Positions 50,734-64,000 of a DNA stretch of 64,000 bases are shown piece by piece (positions within the stretch are counted from its first letter, which is position 1; each line of letters begins with the position of its first letter). The position numbers and the translations under genes are program-made. The notes under the pieces are model-generated. The model worked only from the letters and a program-made list of their open reading frames with translations. It was not told the DNA's origin and did no database searches. The stretch is from the human T2T-CHM13v2.0 reference genome, Homo sapiens. Where the stretch lies: assembly GCF_009914755.1 (NCBI RefSeq), contig NC_060933.1; one strand, given 5' to 3'.

Positions 50734-51886
50734 CCAAATTTACATTTTAAAATCAGCACTCAGCTGCTGTACTGAGAGTAAACTAACTGAACCCATGTCT
50801 TCTTGGCCTATGTGCTTCTAGGGCCACCTTCTGCTTTGGATTAGCTTAAGCAAAACTAATGAGCTCTAAATACAAGCCCTGTCTGGCCTGGTTTTAGGCG
50901 ATGTCAGATCTTTAGTTTCCCCTAGTAGCCCTAATTTATCTTTATTTTTGCTCATGACACTCTCAGCTTTCAACTTAGCATTGCTGGTGGGTTATAGTTA
51001 GGGTTTGTCGTTTTCATAAAACTCTTCGTTCTATTTAGTTACAGTACATCTGTTTCTTATGAAAGATTAATTTTATGCATCTTTAAATCTTTGAAAACAT
51101 AGCCTTGCCTCATGCTGGTTCTCGTCCACCCCTGTAGGCCTGATAAATGTTGGAGAAAAACTGCACTTTGACAGCATAATTAAGGCATAATTTTATTCTA
51201 TTTTTTTAACCTCTGTCACTCAAAAAAAAAGTGCAAAATAGAATTTATATGGCTGGAAGAACAAGGTGGCAGTGATTTATTTATGCCAGACCAGAGGAGG
51301 ATATTGATATTTATTAAAATAAAATACTAAGATGGTAAATGGTCTACTAATCAGAACCTGGTTAACATCATGTGCCTGAGCAGGTGGGGTAGAGACAGGC
51401 AGAGCCCTGGAGATTGCTCTTATTTCAAATACAAGGGATACAGGGTCAGAGGGAAAGGATTTCGTTAGAAAAAGAGAATGCTCGCATTTACTCAGAGCGG
51501 ACTGTTTGCTGAGCTCTCTGGCTGGACCTAGGAGCTAATGCCTTGTCTATGGAATCGTGGCTGAATTCCTACCCACAGCCTTCTTGGTCCTCTCTGGCCT
51601 TCTACTGCCTTTACAGATTGATCGTGGGGTGCAGTGGACCCTTTAGCACTTTGGAATTCTCTTAACCCACCCTGTACTGTCTCCAAATGGTTGCCTTAAC
51701 TCAAGTCTACAGTGTTGTAAAATCTTTTGTCCTCAAAGGCACAAGACATTCTGAATTGGCCCCTTCAGTGTATTTCCAGGGTACTTTGTAATGACAGGAA
51801 TGGTTCATCATTGAGTGGTAAGGTCCTGTAGCATATTCCTTATATGCATGTTTCATTCATTCCTCTCATTAATGATATGAGACAAG

Positions 51887-52008
51887 TCCCTTCCCTTCCC
51901 TTCCCTTCCCTTCCCTTCCCTTCCCTTCCCTTCCCTTCCCTTCTCTTCCCTTCCCTTCCTTTCCCTTCCTTCCTGTCTCCTCTCTCCTCTCTCTCTCTCT
52001 TTCTCTCT
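51887..52008 (+). repeat. (CCCTT)n and CT-rich polypyrimidine tract (expanded tail of the adjacent FLAM)
   Basis: Read directly. Confidence 0.95.
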
Positions 52009-52133
52009 ATTTTTTTGTTGAGACGGAGTTTCACCATGTTGCCCAGGCTAGTCTCTAACTTGGGCTCACGTGGTCCACCTGCCTAGGTCTTCCAAAGCGA
52101 TGGGATTACAGGCGTGAGCCACGGCACTTGGCC
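52009..52133 (-). mobile_element. FLAM / Alu left monomer
   Basis: Reverse monomer. Confidence 0.85.
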
Positions 52134-52167
52134 TATTCCATTTTCTAGATAACAAAAGTGAAGCCCA

Positions 52168-52479
52168 GGCTGGGTGTGGTGGCTCACGCCTGTAATCCCA
52201 GCACTTTGGGAGGCTGAGGCAGGTGGATCACTTGAGGTCAGGAGTTTGAGACCAGCCTGGCCAACTTGGTGAAACCCTGTCTGTACTAAAAATACAAAAA
52301 TTAGCCAGGTGTGGTGGTGGGTGTCTGTAATCCTAGCTACTTGGGAGGCTGAGGCAAGAGAATTGCTTGAACCCAGGAGGCAGAGGTTGCAGTAAGCCGA
52401 GATTGTACTACTGCATTCCAGTCTGGGCAACAGAGTGAGACTCCAGCTCAAAAGAAAAAAAAAAAAAAAAAAAAAAAAA
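52168..52479 (+). mobile_element. AluS
   Basis: Dimer plus long A tail. Confidence 0.93.
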
Positions 52480-53299
52480 GGAAGCCTGGAAACATTAGGT
52501 CACGTGCCCAAGTTTACACAGAATGACTATGAGCCAAGTTCCTAGCCCCTGTGTGAATGGTTACATTATGCCTTGTACTATTGCAATTTATTAATATTTA
52601 CACGTCTGTTCCTTCTATTGGGTTAAAAACTCTTTGAAAAATTGGACAATGTCACGTTTGTCTTTGTGTTCTCCTTAGTTCCCCACACAGCTCCTTACAC
52701 ATCATAAGGGGGCAATAACACTGTGATGAGTGAATGAATTGCACTCAGATGCCTAACACTAGCACTTTGAATTTTCAAGCTTGTTCACATCTCCCATCTC
52801 CCAACAAAGAAGGATATTTTAATAAGAGTTGTGGGAGAAATTAACAGAAAGCAAACATTGCCAAGAAAAATCCTTTTTGAGATTGGTTCTGACAGTCACA
52901 CAGCAAGGGAAGAAGAAAATGGTTCTGAAGGGGAGGAACCTCAGGAAGGGGTTCTCTAACATCTGATTCAAAGCAGAGTTCTTTGTTTGTGAAGTCTTGT
53001 TCTCATGCGGTTGAGATCTAAATCTCTATTTATAGATTAAAATGCTGCTAATGCTGGCAAGTTGCAGCAAATTGGTTGCCTGGAGATGATAATACTTTGT
53101 TAATCCAGTATCAAGCTGTGCTGGGCATTATTGAAACCCAATCTAGGAAGGACTTTCTGATCATCGAGAATTAGAAGAAGGCTGGTGCAATTCCAAGTGG
53201 CATTTGCATCATGCATTTAGGAACAGTTGAAAGTAACCAACTTAAGGTGCTTGGGGTACCATTCCTTAAGGTGACCTCCTAAACTTGTCAGAAAGTTAT

Positions 53300-54040
<741 letters not shown>

Positions 54041-55164
54041 CTGTTGCTGGCAATTATGGGGGGAGCACTATATTTGGGACATGGGGAAGGGATGAGGCCA
54101 GGGAGGGGCTTGGTTGATGGGAGGGCAGGGAAAGAATTCTCGGCATAGAAAAGTGGTAGTTCCAGGCATTCTTGGGTGGGCCTGAGCTTAGCTGGTGAAA
54201 AACAGAAAGGCTGGAGCACAGAAGTGGGGGAACATTGGCAATGAGGTGGGAGAGGAAATCAGAGCCAAGTCCTGAAAGCCAGATTAAAGAATTTGATTTT
54301 ATTCAATGTGAGGATTTTAAGATGGGGAGTGGATGTGATTTTATTTACATTTCTAAATAACATTTTGGCTGCTCTGTAGAGAATGGATTAGGGTTGAAAG
54401 CAAGAAGAACATTAGATGCTAATCATAACAGTCTGAGAGCCCGGGGCTGAGCAGTGCAGAACTGGTTGTGTCGTGGTAGAGGAGATAAGACCTGCTATCA
54501 GAGCAGATGTGGGCTGTGAAGGAGAGACAAGAATCAAGGCTGACTCTGAGTCACCAAACTTGTCCCATCTACCTCTTAAGTTTTTCTCAAATGTATGTGT
54601 CCCTTCTTTTTCCATTCCACTACCTCAGGTCTTACTATCTCTCATTTGACTACCGCAAGAAGCTGTCAACGAACTCTTCCCAGGGCCTCAAGCTGGCTCT
54701 CTTATCCTCCCTCCATCGATCTCCATATAGCTGATGAAATTACTTTTCTAATCAATGATTTTTCTAGATAAAGCAAGTCACATCATTTTCTTCATTAAAA
54801 ATCTTAGGTGAGTCCCTAAATGCCCTTAGACCAAAACCTTATTCCTTAGGGATAGGAAAAGGAATTACAATGTTGAGTACTTTACATACCTTGAATCCTC
54901 ATTTAATCCCTCCTAGAATTCCATGAAGAAGCGATTACCCTTGTTTTGTGGGTAATACAACTGAGGCCAGAGTGAAGGAATTTTCCCAACATCATAGGGT
55001 CACAGAGATAATAAATGACAGGGGTCTGTTCACATAAGCCAGTGGTTCCCAAACATGGGTGCAAGAGGGTCCTTGTTGGGGGCGAGAAGGCCCCCCAGGG
55101 CAATGATATCTCAATATCCTGGGGAGGCACCTGAGTTAATTTTCTCTCTCCCTCCCTCCCTTCT

Positions 55165-55489
55165 TTCTTTTTTTTTTAATTTCTTGACTTTACTTACTTA
55201 TTTTTTGAGTCAGAGTCTCACTCTGTCACCCAGGCTGGAGTACAGTAGCGCCATCTTAACTCACTGCAACCTCCAACTCTTGGGCTCAAGCAGTCCTCCC
55301 ACCTCAGCCTCCAGAGTAGCTGGAACTACAGGAGTGTGACACCATGCCCGGCTAATTTTTGTATTTTTTGGAGAGACGAAGTTTCACCATGCTGCCCAGG
55401 CTGGTTTCAAACTCCTGAGCTCAAGTGATACACCCACCTTGGCCTCCCAAAATGTTGAGATTATAAGCATGACCCACCGTACCCAGCCT
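55165..55489 (-). mobile_element. AluJ
   Basis: TSD TGACTTTA. Confidence 0.9.
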
Positions 55490-55494
55490 GACTT

Positions 55495-57015
55495 TATTTT
55501 TTAAGGCAGTTTTAGGTTCTCAGAAAACTTGAGTGGAAAGTAGAGATTACCCATATACTTTCTGCCCCAACACATGCTCAGCCTCCCTCATTATCAACAT
55601 CCCCCACCAGGGTGGTACACTTGTTACAATCTATGGACTGTAATATCTCCACAGTGTTGCCTTGTCCAGAATGTCATATAATTGGAATCAAATAACATGT
55701 AGGCTTTTCAGATTGGTTTCTTTCACTTAGTAATGTGCAATTAAGAAGCCAAAATGCACATTAAGGAGGTTAATGTCTTTTCATGGCTTGATAGCTCATT
55801 TCTTCTTAGTGCTAAATAATATTTCATTGTCTGAATGTACCACATTTTATCCATCACCTACTGAAAGACATCTTGGTTGCTTCTAAGTTTGGGCAATTAT
55901 TGATAGAGCTGCTATAAACATCTGTGTGCAGGTTTTGGTGTAGATATACATTTTTAGCTCTTCTGGATAAATACGAAGGAGCTCAATTGCTGGGCTGAAG
56001 TGATCCTCCTGCCTCAGCCTCCCAAAGAACTGGGATTATAGGAATGAACCACTGTACCTGGCTGAACACGAGATTTGGAAGGGAAAAAACTTCCAAACTG
56101 TATCACTGGTATACAGAAAAGTGATTAACTTCTTGTATATTAACCTTGTATCCTATAACTTTGCTATGATTGCTTATTAGTTCTAGGATTTTTTTTGGTT
56201 GATCCTTTCAGATTTTCTACATAGACAATCATCTATGAACAAAGAATGATGGATTTCTTCCTTACCAAATCTGCATACCTTTTATTTCCTTTTCTTGACT
56301 TATTGCGTTAGGTAGGACTTACAATACAATGCTGAAAAGCAGTGGTGAGAGGAGAAATCCTTGCCTTGTTTTTAATTTCAGTGGGAAAGCTTCAAGTTTG
56401 TCACCACTAAGTGGGTTTTTTATAGATATTCTTCATCAAGTTGAGGAAGTTCCCTTCTATTATTAGTTTACTAATTGTTTTTATTATGAATAGATATTGG
56501 ATTTTATCAAATGATTTTCTGCATCTATTGATATGATCATATGATTTTACTCTTTTATCTTGTTGATGTGATTAATTACATTAATTTATTTTTGCATGTT
56601 GAACCCGCTTTGCATACCTGGGATAAATCCCGTGTGGTTGTGGTATATTTTGTTGAAGATTTTTGCATCTATATTCATGACATATATTGTTCTGTAGCTT
56701 TCTTTGTCATGTCTTTGGTTTTGATATTAGGGTAAATGTGGCTTCACAGAATGAGGTAGAAAGCATTCCCTCTGCTTCTAATTCTGAAAGACATTATAGA
56801 GAATCAGTAAACTTTCTTCCTTAAATGTTTGGTAGAATTTGCCAGTGAACCATTAGGGCCTGGTACTTTCTGTTTTGGAAGGTTATTAATTATTGAGTAA
56901 ATTTCTTTGATAGTTATAGGCCTATTCAGATAGTCTATTTCTTCTTGTGCGAGTGTTGGCAGATTGTGTCTTTCAAGAAATTGGTTCATTTCATCTAGGT
57001 TACCAAATATGTAGG
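55495..57015 (-). mobile_element. L1MC-type 3' end and ORF2 remnant, with an Alu fragment at about 55993-56063
   Basis: AACATCCCCCACCAGGGTGGTACACTTGTTACAATC; peptide EEIDYLNRPITIKEI. Confidence 0.8.
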
Positions 57016-57016
57016 T

Positions 57017-57240
57017 GCTATGGTTTGAATGTATTACCCAAATTTTATGTATGGAAACTTAATCTACATTGTAATAAGATTAAGAGGTGGGGCTTTTTAA
57101 AGGTAATTAGGTAATGAGTAAATTAATGCCATTATTGTGAAAGTAGGTTAGTTATCTTGGGAATGGGGCTCCTGAAAAAAAGATGAGTATGGCCCAATTT
57201 TTTCTCTCTGTCTTTCGTGCTCATTTGCCCTTCTGCATAT
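57017..57240 (+). mobile_element. Partial MST LTR
   Basis: TGCTATGGTTTGAATGT...GGAAACTTAATC. Confidence 0.7.
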
Positions 57241-57249
57241 GGCCCTTGT

Positions 57250-57850
57250 AGTCTTTTAATGAGTCTGTGTCTCTGGACTGTGAACTTCATGTGTGTTTCT
57301 CAGTGCCCTCTAGTACCCCACCCCCTTAAGTGGGACAGGGTGGCTAGGCTGGGTATTTCCCTTCCCCTAGGTAGATTAGGCTCTGGTAAAACCCCAGCAG
57401 GTTAGGCACGGTAAAATAGTTTAGCAAGATATTCTTGTTAAGAAGAGAATGCTCTGATGTATTTCAAAATGTTTTCTTTTTTCTTAGCTTTGGTGGAAGC
57501 ATGAGGGAATTTTTTTTCTATATTCACTAAGACAGCCTGGTAGAGCTCCAGGAGGTGAAACTCACAAAAGTTCCCCACTTCCCCAGACTGGGTCTCCCTG
57601 GAGTTTTTATCTCTCAGACTTGTCCATATTGATCTTCCAGCAATTCGTCAGTTTCAGTTTAGGTATCCTGAGCCAGGACCTGGAGATTTCTTTTCTGCTC
57701 TAGTAAGTTGTGATCCTCTGTATTCACCTGTCTCTTTAATTTTGGGGGTAGCCATTTGCCTTGTGACCTCATTTCTCTTAAGGGTCTAAGAAGAGTTGTT
57801 GATTTTTCAGTTTGTTCAGCTTTTTACCAGCTGGGGTGGAGTGGCAACTT
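57250..57850 (-). mobile_element. Old L1 (L1MD-like) 5'-region remnant
   Basis: AAGAAGAGTTGTTGATTTTTCAGTTTGTTCAGCTTTTTAC. Confidence 0.6.
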
Positions 57851-57859
57851 ACGAGCATC

Positions 57860-58035
57860 TGTCTCTTCTCTTTTCTCCTTTCTCTCATTCTTTCTTTTCT
57901 TTCCCTATCTCTATTTTTCATTCTCTCTTTTTCTCCATCTCTCTTTCTTTTCTTTTTCTCTCTTTTTTTGTCTCTTTTTTTTTCTCTCTCTTTTCCTCCT
58001 TCTCTCTCTTTCCTTCCTTCTTCTTTTTTCTTTCC
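57860..58035 (+). repeat. CT-rich low-complexity tract
   Basis: Read directly. Confidence 0.9.
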
Positions 58036-58189
58036 TGTATTTTTGACATGTACTTCAGGTGATTCTGAGGACTTGTTTATGTGGAAACCTGACAAGAACT
58101 ATGGATCAGGAGCTTCCCTCTGACCATTCCTGAATTCCTGAGCCCATTCCAACTCTTGCTGCCTTTGTCACCAAAAGAACATTTGGAAG

Positions 58190-59304
<1,115 letters not shown>

Positions 59305-60145
59305 TACCAGCACTAGTTTTATAGGAAAAGCAATATGGTGGCAAATGCCAGCATCAAGATGGATGACACTTTCCTGGATGTGGTTATAAGAAATTCTTCC
59401 CAATAAACAATCCTGGAGAGTAAACTCTTTCTTTGATCTTTGTTTATAGAACAGTCTCTTTCTATAAATAAGACCTGAGATTGTGGGTCACATATGTAAC
59501 TTGTGTCTACTCAGGCCACCTCACACCAGGGCACAGGTGACATTTTGCTCAGTGACATTTTGCTGACCTTGTTCCTACTTGCTGTTTCAGGTCTTCCAGT
59601 CCCCCCCTTGACATTTCTGTGACTTCCCAGGGATGTGTCACCAATCCCATCCTCTTGTGAAGGAAATTCTATGACTTTTCCTTGCTTTTAGGGATGCTCA
59701 GGCCCTCATGAGCTCCTTTTAGGGCCTATGTGATTTGGTGCATGCCTCCTCCCCTCAGGGCCTTTGCACATTCCACTTCTTCTGGCCAAGAGACCCCAGT
59801 CCTGCTCCTGGTCAATGCCAACCATGGGACTTTCCAGCTTTAGCAAGGCCATTCCTGACCTCCCCAAATTTCTTTCAGACTAGCCTGTGCTCTGCCACAC
59901 TGCTCACCGCTGTTGTGCACATACACTTTGGTGTGGTTGTTTAATATCAGCTCATCTTTGAACTCTCAGTGACTTATAGAACAGGGACCAACTTGACTTT
60001 GTCATCACTGCTTGCCTAGCACCTAACGCAGTGCCTGGCATTGATAAATAAGTGTGTGTTATCTTGACAACAGCCAGGCACAACCTTAGCTGTTGCCAAG
60101 AGGCCAGGCTGAGGCTTCCCTGCAGAGGTTCCTTGAGTGTGTGTG

Positions 60146-60457
<312 letters not shown>

Positions 60458-60813
60458 TAAAGCCCATTTTAACTGGTGCCTGCTCGAGCACCTTGCAGTC
60501 TGCTGAAGGACGAGAAAGAACACAATGGTATCCGGAGGCAGGAGGGTGGCTGTCCTGGAAGGAAGCCCACAGGGGGGTTCTAGGGCTATGGAAATGTTCT
60601 GTCCCTGGATTTGGGTGATAGTGACATGTAAACATGTGTACGTTATGTGGATGTTATGTCTCAATTACAAAAATAATAGAAGGAGGTAGTAGAGTGTACA
60701 GATTGCCTGGGCTCTGGACTCAGGCAGCTCTGAGTCTGAATCCACAGCTAAATGACATGTCCAGGTCCCTTCTCCAGACCTCAGTTTTCTCATTTACAAA
60801 ATGGGTATTATAT

Positions 60814-60966
60814 ATTTTTTTTTTATACTTTAAGTTTTAGGGTACATGTGCACATTGTGCAGGTTAGTTACATATGTATACATGTGCCATGCTGGTGCGC
60901 TGCACCCACTAACTCGTCATCTAGCATTAGGTATATCTCCCAATGCTATCCCTCCCCCCTCCCCTC
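60814..60966 (-). mobile_element. Young L1 (L1PA2-like) 3' stub of about 150 bp, inside a MIR
   Basis: Near-consensus young L1 3'UTR; GAG rather than Ta-type ACA at the diagnostic site; perfect 17-bp TSD CAAAATGGGTATTATAT. Confidence 0.92.
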
Positions 60967-61086
60967 CAAAATGGGTATTATATCTTTACCCTTATGGTTA
61001 TGTGTAAGGCTTAGCAAATTTTAGGATTAGAAATTCAGTAACTTGTAAAGGCAATTCTTCTTTGCCTACTTTATTACCGTGGAAGT

Positions 61087-61521
61087 TGTTAAAAAAACAA
61101 AACAAAACAAAAAACAAAAACCCTGACAGCCAGCCAGGGAAGGCCATGAAAAGAGAGTTCTCATGCTTGTATACCTGATGGCAAAAATGATCACAAAAGA
61201 CTTTGCAAAACCACAGCATTGCACAAAGGCCATCTCAACTTTACACAAAAAATACTTCTGCGAGGACATCTGCCCAGCAACTGCTTGTCCAGCCTGGGAC
61301 TGGTGCCACCCTTGTTATTGATCTTTATAGCCAAGGATAATTATTTCAAAACGATTATGTAATCCTTCTCACGTTTTTTCTTTAAAAACCTTTGTCTTTT
61401 CTTACCTCCCTAAATATGCACACAATTTGCTATGACACGTGTATCTCCATTGCAACGCTCTATTCCAAGTAAACATCTTTTCTTTTAGAGAGTGTTTCTC
61501 TACTTGTTATTTAGGTGGATG
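61087..61521 (+). mobile_element. ERV1/MER4-group solo LTR (family not resolved)
   Basis: GACATCTGCCCAGCAACTGC...CACCCTTGTTATTGATCTTT; ends TTATTTAGGTGGATG. Confidence 0.65.
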
Positions 61522-62572
61522 CTGCTGAAGACAGGGTAAGGAAATGCATTTTAGCAAGAACATTTCAGGTAGATATTGCCAAAATGTTTCTTAGGAAGTA
61601 CAATTCTTTCATGAAAGTCTGTGAGAGTATCTACCTAGCCAGCCAGGAGAAAGGAGACTTTTCTACTGGCCACATTCACTAATCACGTGACTGCTGGGAC
61701 AAGGCACTTAACCTATTTTTAGCTCAGTCTTCCTTATCTGTAAGATGGGAGGGAATAACCTTTGCAGCTGCTACTGATGAGATGTTCAATGCAAAATGAA
61801 AAAAATCTAACTGATGATTCAAAGTTGTGATACTGGGATTGCTATCTGCAGGCCCTTGCTTGACACGGGAGGGAATTGTGGAATCGTGGTGGTGGCTTCC
61901 AGCAGGTGTCTGTTGTAACACCCTCCAGGGAAGGCGATGGAATTCGACAATGTGGAGGGACACACTGGACGCTCTCTCTTCTAATTTCATGGGGTTCACT
62001 CAGACTGGATCTGAAGAGCTCATCTGAAAGCAAGACTATTTCATAGAACTCTGGGGTCATATCTGTCCCTCTGAAGGGCTTAAGCACATTATTAAAGCAG
62101 TGAGTGAAGTCTGAGAGCAAATCATGCCTTATTATTTTCATTTGGTGCAGAGTGTTAAGGGACTGTGTTCACTGTAAATTGGTCAAAAACAGTCCAGGAA
62201 ATAATTTTCGAGCACGTCCTGATTTTGATTAGGTTCCGAGAGGTAGCAGTATTAGGGTGCAGACAAAAGGCAATCAGCTGAAAATTTTGGACTTTAAAAG
62301 CATCATTAGGTGATACATTGTGCCAGAAATAACAAACGCAATAGTGGCTCTTTAAGGAGTGAGAATCTGTCACTCACAGACTAAAGCTCCTCTTGGTACC
62401 CACATTCCCAACCCCGACAGCTGCTAATTCTTTATCAGGAGAAAGTAACCCCATTCGATTATTTCCACTGAGGTTGAAGGACTGTAACTTAACCAAATAC
62501 ACAATTATTTTTCCTAGTTTTTAGTTACAGTTAGTTTATAGTTGGTTATAGTTAAGATTTAAAAATAACTTA

Positions 62573-62890
<318 letters not shown>

Positions 62891-63362
62891 TTAATTGAAA
62901 TCTTACTTTAGGAAAAAATCAGGACATTGGAACCCTGGTTTAGGGCAGGATTAAGCTTTGTGGTAGGTTCCAGTAGCCAAAAATGCTACAAATCACATAC
63001 TTTTAGAGTTGCCAGGAATCCATACATCTGACCTGTACTATGTTTGAAAGCAGGTCCCACATTTACTCCTTTGTTCCTGGATGTCAAAGCCTTGGAAAAT
63101 CAAGCTATCCATGTGAACTGCACTTTTAGGAGAAACCAGACTTTCTCAACTTTGGCACCAGGGACATTAGATAATCATTGATCCCAGATAGTAGCTGTAC
63201 TTTTTCACTCATTATATATTTCCCTTTGCTTGTCCTTAGAAGGGACATTATCCTGATTGCAGAAAATCCGATTTCAATTTCCACTTTGTCCTGGAAATGC
63301 ATGTAGATTACTGTTGGGCTCAGTAGCCACTCAAGAAGATCCCCCATATTAAAGTGATCTGA

Positions 63363-63677
63363 TTTATTTATTTTTATTTTTTAGAGATGGAGTCTTGCTC
63401 TGACGTCCAGGCTGGAGGGCAGTGGCATGATCTTGGCTGACTGCAACCTCCACCTCCCAGGTTCAAGCAATTCTCCTGCCTCAGGCCTCAGCCTCTTGAG
63501 TAGCTGGGACTACAGGTGGGTGCCACCAGGCCTGGCTAATTTTTTTTTGTATTTTTAGTAGAGACAGGGTTTTGTCATGTTGGCTAGGCTGGTCTCGAAC
63601 TCCTGACCTCAAGTGATCTGCCCGCCTCGGCCTCCCAAAGCTCTAGGATCACAGGTGTGAGCCACCATGCCCCGCCT
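63363..63677 (-). mobile_element. AluS
   Basis: TSD AAAGTGATCTG. Confidence 0.92.
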
Positions 63678-64000
63678 AAAGTGATCTGTTTTAGAATGAA
63701 CACTGTAGAAGACACAAATGGATTAGAAAGCCTTTTGGGAGACACCTGAGTGTACAGGACTGAAGAAATGAGAAGAAAACCAAACATGTCTGGTCTGAGA
63801 AAGTCAGGACTGGATTGACTTCTTTTTCTTTTATTCCTTGGTTTAATTTATAACTTCAAGAAAACATACTTTCCCCAAGTGCTTTCAGATCATTTAAACC
63901 ATTCAGATAACTGGACTGGTCACATTCTCATGACTTTTTGTTTGAATAATTCATTGATTCACAGAATGTTTGAAATTTTGCCTAGCTTTTTTTTTTTTTT

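Overview
Primate, almost certainly human, genomic DNA. It is very Alu-rich (about 58 Alu/FLAM pieces by my count), with old L1, L2, MIR, hAT/Tigger remnants and several solo LTRs. The only protein-coding sequence I can support is the first coding exon of SLC28A3 (concentrative nucleoside transporter CNT3) on the minus strand: 18971->18912, MELRSTAAPRAEGYSNVGFQ, with a canonical donor CAG|GTGAGC. Positions 1-18911 are the following intron; the next coding exon lies outside the window. A GC-box-rich proximal promoter sits at about 19090-19210. A probable distal non-coding first exon ends at 46784, inside an old L1 5'UTR, 12 nt from a same-orientation HERV-K LTR5A solo LTR. Nearly all ORF-track entries are Alu/L1/simple-repeat translation noise. 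I found no new multi-gene system. The most interesting signals are: (1) a transposon-built alternative 5' end for SLC28A3 (L1-derived exon, overlapping uORF, sense LTR poly(A) signals, 9-nt identical splice junctions); (2) a local templated insertion; (3) a tailless 5S rRNA retro-fragment split by an Alu; (4) a probable SEPTIN14 3'UTR retrocopy; (5) template-switch hairpins near the promoter. Repeat family names and gene or mRNA identities come from recalled consensus sequences, not a search. Old-repeat boundaries are approximate.
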